Shown here one piece after another: positions 12,846 through 21,227 of a DNA stretch of 64,000 nucleotides. The notes below the pieces were generated by a model. It was not told the DNA's origin. It saw only the letters and a list, made by a program, of their open reading frames with translations, and did no database searches. The DNA is taken from the NCBI GenBank assembly GCA_964187785.1, contig OZ076416.1, positions 47,678,001 to 47,742,000 of the forward strand, given 5' to 3'. Every line of letters starts with the position of its first letter. The stretch's first letter is position 1. Made by a program: the position numbers and the translations under genes. Origin of the DNA: Amphiscolops sp. MND2022 (lineage: Eukaryota).

Positions 12846-14204
12846 TCAGATATTTTTTCCAACAACACCAAACTTGTCGACTGCTACTGATGACATCCGT
12901 TCTCCCAATACAATAACTTCTGTAACGTGCTCAAGTGCAAATGTAAAATTCAGCTCAAGTCTCAACGGTTCTCCAACCAGTTCAGGGTAGTGACAGTGTT
13001 CAGTTGCATCTTGCATTGACGTTAAATCGAATACCAGCACGTAATGGTCTTTGAAATTATTAATAGGGATAGACGGAATGTCGTCTTGGAAGTTCATAGC
13101 TTTCATTGTAGTAACGTATAGTCGACAATTATCCGACGTGTCATAATCTACAATTGGTTGCCCTCCTCTCAATATTCTAATTTGTCTCAAGTCGAACTGT
13201 TGATACCAAAATGGGTTCTCAGTGAACGATCCGGTAAATGCCGAGTTGGTGTTCATTGCTATAGCGATTCGCCGGATAGGTGCATTGTTGAAAATGTTTT
13301 CCTGAATAAACTGATTTTGTCTGGCGGGTATTATGAATGTCTTTGCTAGTGTCTCCATGTAATTGTACTCCACGGGTGCGTAAGCAAGCATATCCATTCT
13401 CTTTTTGTGATAATCATCTTTTAGAGCGATACGGCGAGTATAAAGGGAACAGTCTACAATTCCAAGACTTACATTAGGGTTGTCACTAATCATATAAAAA
13501 TTCGGTCGAGTTCTAATTAATCGTATTCTAACTTTCATGTTCGGGTACAGCAATTCCGAAGTTGAGAAAAAATCGATCCCCAGTTTACCGTACAACATGA
13601 ATCCATCCGGTCGGATAAACATCTTCATTCTTCTTGTGAAAAACGGTTCAGCCATTGGTAATTCTTGGCATTCGTCAGGATTCTCTTCAAAGTCATAACC
13701 TTCGCAATGCAAAACTCCTTTGTATTCAGAGATTGCCCCCTTGAAATTGTTTGAAATATAGACTTTGTGAGCGTAGAGACCATTGGAATTGTATATTTGT
13801 TGATTGTTAATATAAACCTCAACATTTGAAAAAACGGAATGCATAATGTTGTTTACATGGCTAATAAAGGGAACTGTGTCTTCATCATTGGTAGTGTCGT
13901 TATCAGAATCTTCTGTAATGGCATCATCAACTTTGTGTTCTTTTTTAGCTTCTTTGACTTTGTAAGTGTCAAACCCGCGTCCTTTCACCAGTTTCAGTTT
14001 GAGAGCCAAGTAAGATTGTCTCAAATCAACGTAATAATTGCGGTCAGTTTGAAACTCAAACTCAATGCTGTTTTCATCCAGTGACGTGGTAGGATAAATT
14101 TGTTGTTCATGAGATGATAAAACATCATCTACAACTGGGACTTTACCTCCAAGATTACCAGACACAGCTACAAAAGGTTGGTACCGAAAATTTTGGGAAG
14201 TCAT
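12846..14204 (-). CDS. PY: Major capsid protein (double jelly-roll, Polinton PY family), 452 aa
   Basis: IEFEF..YYVDLRQSYLALKLKLVK, HIMHSVFSNVEV-like segment (NIMHSVFSNVEV), LLYPNMKVRIRL and VLVFDLT patterns, size, and position between penton and protease. Confidence 0.9.
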   Translation of the reverse strand: MTSQNFRYQPFVAVSGNLGGKVPVVDDVLSSHEQQIYPTTSLDENSIEFEFQTDRNYYVDLRQSYLALKLKLVKGRGFDTYKVKEAKKEHKVDDAITEDSDNDTTNDEDTVPFISHVNNIMHSVFSNVEVYINNQQIYNSNGLYAHKVYISNNFKGAISEYKGVLHCEGYDFEENPDECQELPMAEPFFTRRMKMFIRPDGFMLYGKLGIDFFSTSELLYPNMKVRIRLIRTRPNFYMISDNPNVSLGIVDCSLYTRRIALKDDYHKKRMDMLAYAPVEYNYMETLAKTFIIPARQNQFIQENIFNNAPIRRIAIAMNTNSAFTGSFTENPFWYQQFDLRQIRILRGGQPIVDYDTSDNCRLYVTTMKAMNFQDDIPSIPINNFKDHYVLVFDLTSMQDATEHCHYPELVGEPLRLELNFTFALEHVTEVIVLGERMSSVAVDKFGVVGKNI

Positions 14205-15392
14205 TCAGATAGCAACGTTACTAAAAATGTCTTTGCGTGACCGACTGCTTCGTTTGGTAGATTTGGGTGGAATGATTCTGCTTGCGGAACGTTTTCTAGC
14301 ACCACCACCTAGTTGTTTTTTCAAAGTTTGTCGCCCTACGTTTTTGGCAGCTGATTTGATGTTTTTCTTACCACTGACAACATCCGCAATCTCAGGTACT
14401 GCAAACTCTAACATGTCAGCGCCGATACGTCTAGCAGCCGGGACAATGTATTTTCTAAGGAAAGGAATTGCAGTTCTCCCAATTACTTGAGCGAGAGCTC
14501 CAAACCCTCGTCCTCGTTGTCTACCCACTCCCCTATAATAAGGAAGTTCTACTTCTCTTGACACAACCATTTCAGACCGTCGTTTTTGTTGCAAATGAAT
14601 ATCAGACACTTTTCTAAACATGAGAACTAGTCGAGTAATTCCAACAGAAACAAAAGGAATTTTTTCCCCTGAAGTATCTCTCAAATCAATTTGTACACTA
14701 TGGAATGAATTTTTCAACAATCTACGGAATTGTAGGTTACTGAACGTCTGATAATTCATGTATTGTCCAGTAGTGATGGTATCGCCAGACTTCAGCTTCG
14801 ATATGAAAGGAAAACAACGCAACAAGGGGGCTTTTGTATCTCCGACAATGTTGTATTCAACAATGTCAGTGTAAATCATAAGCGAATGAATTCGAACAAT
14901 ATCGTATGCAAACATTGGGGTATGAGGTCCTTTTCCACGCATTAAAATTCCCATGTCGTTGCGAACATCACCTCCAAAGATATGACCCAAATCGAGACTA
15001 CTAATCACCAAACTAGATTCTTCATTAACAAGGGAAACATCAATTTGTTGTGTTCTACGGCACACCTTCACTCTGATGCACGTCTCGTTATGATTGTTTC
15101 TGTCTTGAATTAGTGAATTCATCGCTTCGACAATATCTGTAATGGAAGGGTACAGCCCTGGTTCAAGATAATAGAAATCTTTTGTTTTTGAAAGCGTTTC
15201 ATCGTAAAACAGAAATTTTCCTTCGGTAACGTTCTGGTACATTGAAGGGTATGAGATCTCAGATATTGCTACCTCCCATTGACCATCCAAATTAACTTGC
15301 TCTGGAAGAAAATTCGTGAAAGAGCTCAAAGTGTTGTCAGGAAATAATTCTGATGAAGCGTTCGAAACCAACTCTATTGTAAACGAATCCAT
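14205..15392 (-). CDS. PX: Minor capsid protein (penton, PX) read in frame into a ~121-aa basic core-protein-like ORF
   Basis: N-terminal FTIELVSNAS..FPDNTLSSF..LP....L.GQWEVAISEISYP and IYTDIVE..IVGD..APLLR penton motifs. The Arg/Lys-rich part from MVVSRE (14570) contains RGRGFG, resembling an adenain cleavage motif. The ATG at 15392 is preferred over the TTG at 15398. Confidence 0.85.
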   Translation of the reverse strand: MDSFTIELVSNASSELFPDNTLSSFTNFLPEQVNLDGQWEVAISEISYPSMYQNVTEGKFLFYDETLSKTKDFYYLEPGLYPSITDIVEAMNSLIQDRNNHNETCIRVKVCRRTQQIDVSLVNEESSLVISSLDLGHIFGGDVRNDMGILMRGKGPHTPMFAYDIVRIHSLMIYTDIVEYNIVGDTKAPLLRCFPFISKLKSGDTITTGQYMNYQTFSNLQFRRLLKNSFHSVQIDLRDTSGEKIPFVSVGITRLVLMFRKVSDIHLQQKRRSEMVVSREVELPYYRGVGRQRGRGFGALAQVIGRTAIPFLRKYIVPAARRIGADMLEFAVPEIADVVSGKKNIKSAAKNVGRQTLKKQLGGGARKRSASRIIPPKSTKRSSRSRKDIFSNVAI

Positions 15393-15394
15393 TC

Positions 15395-16333
15395 TCAAAT
15401 GACTAGCATTAGTTCCTTTTCGTAGAATTTTCCGCGTATAATTAGATTCTGTTCATCCATTATAGTGTATGTTGGAGGTTTTCGGCTAGCAATAGCAACG
15501 ATTTGAAACACTTCGTCTGTAAACTGTGGCTTATAACCTTTTCTGAAAGGCAAATCAATCTTTGTCACACGAACTTTGTCACATATTGTGAACTTGGGTT
15601 TTTTGAACTCCCTGAGGGGTTGTCCGTAAAGAACAGACATGAAATCAGAGTTTTCAACTTTGTTTGGTTTGATGCCAACAGTGCGATTTAATCTCGAATT
15701 TAAGGTAGTAACAGACTGTGGTAACTTGTGAATATATTTGTATCCATGATCTTCCATATATCTATACATAATATTCTTGAGTGATCTGATCGTTCGCTCC
15801 GCAAAAGCAGCTTTTGTCTCGCTCATTGTGGAGTATATTTCTATTCCGGCGCCAGCACAAAATTTTTTGAATTCACCAGCAAACTCTGTTCCTCGATCCA
15901 CCCAAATTTTTTTAGGTCGGTTGCGTTTCGTAATCATTTTCGAAAATGCCTTTGAAGTTTCTTTCGAATCCTTCGTCTTCATTCCTCGTGCGTCCATTGT
16001 TCTGTCAAACATTTCTTGCCGTACGAGCAAGTATTTAACTCCATTATTATCTCTCGCCAACTTATCAACAAACGCCAAATCCATGCACCAAATTTCGTTT
16101 CTGAATCTGGCAAAAGCTTTCATTCTTCGAAATTTGCGGGTGGGTTGGGAAAATTTTGTGTATGACGTCTTCGAATGCAGGAATTGTCGAACTTTGAAAA
16201 TCGGAATTTTGCTAGCTTTCGCCAAATTTTTCACAGAACCATAAGCTGCGCTACCTTTATTGTATAAACTCTGCAGTTTCTGTCGCTCATATTTTGAAAG
16301 GAACCCACTTTCCTCTATCTTTTTCTTTGGCAT
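15395..16333 (-). CDS. INT: Retroviral-like (rve/DDE) integrase of Polinton type, 312 aa
   Basis: WCMDL (D), WVDRGTEF (D), AFAERTIRSLK (E), and C-terminal FRKGYKPQFTDEVF..FYEKEL typical of Polinton integrases; no chromodomain seen. Confidence 0.95.
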   Translation of the reverse strand: MPKKKIEESGFLSKYERQKLQSLYNKGSAAYGSVKNLAKASKIPIFKVRQFLHSKTSYTKFSQPTRKFRRMKAFARFRNEIWCMDLAFVDKLARDNNGVKYLLVRQEMFDRTMDARGMKTKDSKETSKAFSKMITKRNRPKKIWVDRGTEFAGEFKKFCAGAGIEIYSTMSETKAAFAERTIRSLKNIMYRYMEDHGYKYIHKLPQSVTTLNSRLNRTVGIKPNKVENSDFMSVLYGQPLREFKKPKFTICDKVRVTKIDLPFRKGYKPQFTDEVFQIVAIASRKPPTYTIMDEQNLIIRGKFYEKELMLVI

Positions 16334-16700
16334 TTTGATTCAAAACTAGGCTTGGCGTAATATCGGCAGCATCAAGCAAAGTGAAGTAGATGTCTGGAAT
16401 CTCAGCGTTCTTGCGTCTCGAACGTTGCGCAAAATCTGTCAAAGAAACACCAGTATCCCTTCCATTCAAAAGCAAAAAGTTAGAGTTTGATAATTTAATG
16501 CGAGGTGATGATAATAGTTTGTCCACCAACGGGTCAGCCTTAGCAAAAAGTTTTTTATTGATATCTTTCTTCAACGAGTCGTTCTGGTACTCGGGAGTTT
16601 TTTCAACCTGATAAGTAGGTAGTGCTGATTTTGTAACAACATATGATGGTTTTATTCTACTGTTGTAAATAGAAACGGGCACAAGAACAAACTGTTCCAT
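16287..16700 (-). CDS. Uncharacterised Polinton protein, 137 aa
   Basis: ATG 1 nt after the upstream stop; co-oriented within the tightly packed virion block; protein-like composition. Confidence 0.75.
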   Translation of the reverse strand: MEQFVLVPVSIYNSRIKPSYVVTKSALPTYQVEKTPEYQNDSLKKDINKKLFAKADPLVDKLLSSPRIKLSNSNFLLLNGRDTGVSLTDFAQRSRRKNAEIPDIYFTLLDAADITPSLVLNQNAKEKDRGKWVPFKI

Positions 16701-16701
16701 G

Positions 16702-17004
16702 TCAAGATAGGTGATTAATGACGAACGGGGAAATCAAATGTATTAGCGACAGTCCCTTTTTAGATGAAAGAATCCTTCGTCTTTCTTTCCAAGTTGTTCT
16801 TACCAGAGAAAGTGCGTGAATTTGTTTTCGATACTTTAACACTTGTTCTTTTTTTAGCTCCTGTAAGTTTCCGTGCAACAGATTGACGATACACTCGCTG
16901 AGAAACCGGATGAATTCTTTCGGCGAGTTTAAAAGGAATTGTATTTTGCATTTGTGGGAAAAGTGTTGAAATGCTTGGAGAATAGAGAGATTTTGTGTGC
17001 TCAT
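16702..17004 (-). CDS. Small basic amphipathic Polinton protein (100 aa) overlapping the ATPase 3' end
   Basis: IRFLSECIVNLLHGNL..LKK..VLKYRKQIHAL....KERRRILSSKKGL pattern recalls a small conserved Polinton virion protein. Its stop abuts the next ATG. Confidence 0.7.
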   Translation of the reverse strand: MSTQNLSILQAFQHFSHKCKIQFLLNSPKEFIRFLSECIVNLLHGNLQELKKEQVLKYRKQIHALSLVRTTWKERRRILSSKKGLSLIHLISPFVINHLS

Positions 17005-17659
17005 CGTCCAAAAATCTCAAATGTTGCAATTGTTGTGGTATGTAAAACTTTGAAGGTTTTTTTCCGCTGTTTGTACAATATCTTAAACGATCATCTGTTC
17101 GAGGAGATAAGTCGATAAGCAAATGACCAAACGGAACAGATGTTGCATCTTTATACCAATCAATCAGAGAGGTTCCAAGTCCTAATTGAACACTGAGCCT
17201 ACCTACTTGCATAACATCTCTTGGTGACTTGAAGAGAACAATGTGTGTGTTTTGAAGTTCGATGTCGCGGCCAAGTTTACTTTTATGAAATAAGTTGTGC
17301 TTTATGTAAATTGTACTTAATCCACGATGTCTTCCCGCCACAGCAATTTTTTCAAAATCTCTGGAAGCACAAATGTCTTGGCAAGAGTCATCAAAAATGA
17401 GTAAATATTTTGTTCCATTATTTTCCAAAGAGTCAATGAAGTCGAAGTTCACACCTTGAACGAATTCGAGGTTTTCGACTTCTTTCTGCATCTGTTCGTA
17501 AAGCGGTTGGAAATGTTGATAAAAGAAAATGATTCTATCGACGTTTGTTTGGAAAGTACCATTTTTCAACCATTCGTATATAAGTTGTGATTTTCCCGAC
17601 TCTCCCGGGCCTACTAAGGAAATGAAAACCCGGTTTCTCGTGGATATGAGTTTGTTCAT
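16760..17659 (-). CDS. ATP: A32/FtsK-HerA family DNA-packaging ATPase, 299 aa
   Basis: Walker A GPGESGKS, Walker B LLIFDD, GRHRGLSTIYIKHNLF and LQNTHIVLFKSPRD motifs. Confidence 0.95.
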   Translation of the reverse strand: MNKLISTRNRVFISLVGPGESGKSQLIYEWLKNGTFQTNVDRIIFFYQHFQPLYEQMQKEVENLEFVQGVNFDFIDSLENNGTKYLLIFDDSCQDICASRDFEKIAVAGRHRGLSTIYIKHNLFHKSKLGRDIELQNTHIVLFKSPRDVMQVGRLSVQLGLGTSLIDWYKDATSVPFGHLLIDLSPRTDDRLRYCTNSGKKPSKFYIPQQLQHLRFLDDEHTKSLYSPSISTLFPQMQNTIPFKLAERIHPVSQRVYRQSVARKLTGAKKRTSVKVSKTNSRTFSGKNNLERKTKDSFI

Positions 17660-17916
17660 AGTCTAGGAGTGGGTACTATAATACCTGCTGCGCTACATAA
17701 TATTCCGACCCAAACTGTTGTCTCGTCACAGGACGTAGCTAAGTGTATTCTCCAGAAGCTACCGAAAATAACCAAGAGTATCACAAAAAACTGGGACAAA
17801 AAAACTATCAGTGATCTCGAGCAAGAATGTCCAATACAACTCCAGGAACTTCGCTCTGAATTGCTTTCGTCGAATACAATTTTATCTAAGTTGATAGTGT
17901 CGGCTTGATCAGCCAT
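17656..17916 (-). CDS. Small two-transmembrane protein (~86 aa from MADQ)
   Basis: Hydrophobic segments SLIVFLSQFFVILLVIFGSFW and VWVGILCSAAGIIVP; its TGA overlaps the ATPase ATG (ATGA). Confidence 0.7.
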   Translation of the reverse strand: MADQADTINLDKIVFDESNSERSSWSCIGHSCSRSLIVFLSQFFVILLVIFGSFWRIHLATSCDETTVWVGILCSAAGIIVPTPRL

Positions 17917-18085
17917 CCGTCTCTCATTACGCAAAAATGAAAAATGTCACTCTAGAAATCTTAACGAAAATATAGAATTACGGAAATGTTTTGAATTCTA
18001 GATATCGATAGACTTCAATTAGTAGGAATAATATTTACAAATAATGCATCGTATAGAAAAGTATGAAAAGTACAGGTTATGGTAG

Positions 18086-18538
18086 TCAGCATTCAAACAG
18101 ATTGAAAATAGAGGGGACAAATATCTTCAAATACAAACAGTAAAAGAGTCCCGTTATGTGACCCAAAAAACATGAACTGGGTCCACGTCCAATCACATAA
18201 CAGTATCCCGGCCCGCTTCCATTCTCTGCATAAACAGCACCAGCTGCATCGTGTAGAATTGCATGTAGACGGAATACTTTCGAAAAACGAAGCAAGGTGT
18301 CGAGGTTTGAATTTCCGTACCCGATAAGTCCACCGTGAGGATACAGAATATTCATCTCCCGCATACTAATTTTTGGGTCCAAACAGTGACAAACACTCAA
18401 GAACAAGTTTTTCTCACCGTATTTCTTCTGAAAGGGAATAAATACTTCAGTGCTGAGTAAAAGTGTAAAACTGTGACTAGAAAGCGTACGTCCATTCTCA
18501 ATTGAAGCAAAATCAACTATGATGAGTTGTTGTTTCAT
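18086..18538 (-). CDS. Parvovirus-type phospholipase A2-like protein, 150 aa
   Basis: LIGYGNSNLD resembles the parvoviral Ca-binding loop YLGPGNSLD; AILHDAAG carries the HD catalytic dyad. Confidence 0.65.
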   Translation of the reverse strand: MKQQLIIVDFASIENGRTLSSHSFTLLLSTEVFIPFQKKYGEKNLFLSVCHCLDPKISMREMNILYPHGGLIGYGNSNLDTLLRFSKVFRLHAILHDAAGAVYAENGSGPGYCYVIGRGPSSCFLGHITGLFYCLYLKIFVPSIFNLFEC

Positions 18539-18932
18539 CCAATATGATACACTTTTTAGAGAAAGTTTCCAGGTAACTCAGAATGTAAATCCTTTTCTGC
18601 AGAAAAAGTTCATATTCTATTACGCTTAGCTTAATGTCTGAATCTTTCAGATAATTATTGTTGCGGTATCGATACACAGTGACTTCGATTGAATCAGTAT
18701 CGATTTGGAAAGACAAGCAAATTTTTCGTCTTCCATTGTATATAACCCATTTTAGACATGATATTTCTTCTTCGGGAGCAATTTTTTTAACTTCAGGTAA
18801 CTGTTGCATTTCAACAACTGTCAGATTAATTTTTTTAGGACCTTTTGAGGAAGACAACATTACATGATGAAGTCCCAATTTCGTTCTCAAGCAAAGGCAA
18901 AGATTTCTATTCTCTCCTATGTTCCAACTCAT
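18513..18932 (-). CDS. Hypothetical protein, 139 aa, two putative PC4-like repeats
   Basis: Intact ATG-initiated ORF co-oriented with neighbours; two strand-strand-strand-helix segments ending KINLTVVEMQQL and IKLSVIEYELF. Confidence 0.65.
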   Translation of the reverse strand: MSWNIGENRNLCLCLRTKLGLHHVMLSSSKGPKKINLTVVEMQQLPEVKKIAPEEEISCLKWVIYNGRRKICLSFQIDTDSIEVTVYRYRNNNYLKDSDIKLSVIEYELFLQKRIYILSYLETFSKKCIILDETTTHHS

Positions 18933-18978
18933 TTTGACTTACTTTGTTTGGAAAAAGATTCAATGATTCAAAGTTCAA

Positions 18979-19566
18979 TTACACAATGTTACAAAGACTT
19001 TGGTTAGATAAAGCTTGTTCAGATACATTATTAATAACATCGAGCAAAAACAGAAATTCATCAAGCTTGTAATTAACAAAAACGATTTGCTGAAATTTCT
19101 CGGTTTCAGTTTTTCTTGTGAAGAGTCGAATCTGCACGTAGGCACTTTCAGGTTTTTCAACGTAGTACTTCTTCATCGTTGCAATGATTTTCCGTTTACT
19201 TCTATCCACAATTGTGATGGCTTTCTGAACATGTTTGAGTTGTTCGTCTAAGTCTTTGGATAGAGGAGCTGTTACAATGGGTTGCAGTTTCTCATCCTTC
19301 GCAAAATCCGCAGTAGCAACAACAATTTGATTTCGGAGCAGCAGAAGTTGTTTGAAATCTGATTCTCCCAAATTGATTTGTTGATGTTTGCGAAATTCAC
19401 CGTTGACGTCTTTTCGGAACACTTTCAGTTGACTTTCTATATATTTGGTGTCGTTTTTTTCTGTTTGGGACCAGGAAAGTCTACCAAATTGGTCTTCATT
19501 TTTCCCGAAGTCCACATAGTCGGTGCAGGTCAATTTATCAAGAGAGGCAATCATATTATAGTTCAT
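18979..19566 (-). CDS. Hypothetical protein, 195 aa, two putative PC4/PUR-like repeats
   Basis: Intact ORF; LKVFRKD..EFRKHQQINLGESDFKQLLLLRN and IRLFTRK..EKFQQIVFVNYKLDEFLFLL. Minus-strand CTATAAAAGG at 19741-19750 upstream. Confidence 0.75.
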   Translation of the reverse strand: MNYNMIASLDKLTCTDYVDFGKNEDQFGRLSWSQTEKNDTKYIESQLKVFRKDVNGEFRKHQQINLGESDFKQLLLLRNQIVVATADFAKDEKLQPIVTAPLSKDLDEQLKHVQKAITIVDRSKRKIIATMKKYYVEKPESAYVQIRLFTRKTETEKFQQIVFVNYKLDEFLFLLDVINNVSEQALSNQSLCNIV

Positions 19567-19812
19567 TTTGTTGTAAACAAGATTTTGCCAAGAAGAATAT
19601 TTTCAGAAGAAAATGGAAAAAAATGAGCAGCTTGATGAGAGTTTGCCAAATCGAATAATGATCCCCAACACACTTTTCGTACTTTCTTATTGCGTTCGTG
19701 TTCCCTTCCATATTTGGGGAAAAATATGTTGATTAGTATTCCTTTTATAGATACGATTCCATTGTTTCAATTGTTTCAATATATCGTATTCGAGTCAAAA
19801 AAGTCGTATCAT

Positions 19813-19928
19813 ATGAAGCTCTGATTGGTTGAAGTTGAACAATTTTTGCTGGAAAAGGATTGAGTAAAAATTTTTTGTCGTAGTCGAATCAAATTTCAAT
19901 TTATCATATCACGATCTGATTGGTTGAA
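19813..19928. promoter_or_regulatory. Duplicated CCAAT-box motif in a divergent intergenic region
   Basis: CTGATTGGTTGAA at 19821-19833 and 19916-19928 (CCAATCAG on the minus strand), each preceded by TATCATAT. Confidence 0.45.
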
Positions 19929-19948
19929 AAATAACCAAATTTGGTCGG

Positions 19949-20659
19949 ATGAACTACAAAATATTTTCATTAAACAGAAAAAAACTCATTTCCAACACTG
20001 TCAAAATCCGCTTCGTGAAAATTCAGACTATTTTCATTTGGGAAGAAAAAGTAATGGCTGCTGTCATGTTACAAGCTATACCAAGTTTTTTCGCAGGACA
20101 CTCTGAAAATTCTCTATTTATCTCTAGTGATAATTATGACAACTTTTTGGTGACTCGTGACTATTGCGTTGCTGCCCATGATTCTACTTTCTGTTCTTTG
20201 AAACATTGCCAATACCATATACTACTGATTGCAGATAAAGATATGAATGACCTTTTCACTAAACTAGATCGCTTTTGTTTTAATTTCCAACGTGTTGACT
20301 GTTTTTATACTTTATTCAAACACCGATTTAGCGGCAATGTTGTGTTAAAGTCTGGAGAAATTTTCGATACAGTAGAGAGAGCAGTTTCGTTCAACAAGCT
20401 CAATAAAGGTGTGGATAAATTGCCCAGCATTGCTAAGAAGAGACTCCTCCGCAAGAAATTCAAGAAGCATATGCTGACATCAATTCAGAAATCAACATCA
20501 GTTCAGACGAGTGGGTCTGTTTTTGTGGAAAGAGTTGAACGTGTCAGAAGAACAACAAAATTCGAGCTTGAACTCATGAAAATAATTGATTGTTTTCTTG
20601 ATGGTTGTGGTAGTTATGAGAGTCACTTAGTTACATTTAAAATAAAACCTTGCAAATAA
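19949..20659 (+). CDS. Hypothetical protein, 236 aa (or 201 aa from ATG 20054)
   Basis: 711-nt open frame, the only long plus-strand ORF in the accessory block; His/Cys cluster, basic KKRLLRKKFKK stretch, AATAAA near the 3' end. Confidence 0.7.
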   Translation: MNYKIFSLNRKKLISNTVKIRFVKIQTIFIWEEKVMAAVMLQAIPSFFAGHSENSLFISSDNYDNFLVTRDYCVAAHDSTFCSLKHCQYHILLIADKDMNDLFTKLDRFCFNFQRVDCFYTLFKHRFSGNVVLKSGEIFDTVERAVSFNKLNKGVDKLPSIAKKRLLRKKFKKHMLTSIQKSTSVQTSGSVFVERVERVRRTTKFELELMKIIDCFLDGCGSYESHLVTFKIKPCK

Positions 20660-20999
20660 TGTCTTGTTTTCACAAGTACCAAGTGATAGTTCAATAAACA
20701 ACATTTTTGTATCAGTTTTTTTTCAACATGTCAGTTTATTTGCAGATAAAATGTCAACATGTCAGATTTTCGCTCAAAAAAATCAACAACTCAGTTTTTT
20801 GTATTGTTTTCAAACTTACTATTTTCCTTAAAAAATCAACTAAAAATAACAGTCTGTTCTTTTTCTTGAAGATTGAATCTAGACTTCTCCGTCATTGGTA
20901 CGTTACCCTTAGCTCACGTTTGAAAAAAAAGAAAAGATATATTTGATACATTGAATTCAGACCAGACGAAAAATTCACAAAATTAATTTTTATAACAAT

Positions 21000-21176
21000 T
21001 TACTGAAATAAAGATCTAAAGACAGATTGTGGAATGTTTTCTAATCTGCCAAAAGGAATACCGGTGCTTCTTCTCAACTGGTTTGGTGGAGGCTGATTTT
21101 CACCACCTTGCCCGGGTGTTGAAGTTGCTGGCGGAACATTTTCTTTGTTCTCATTGTCGGAACCATCGTCGCTATA

Positions 21177-21227
<51 letters not shown>

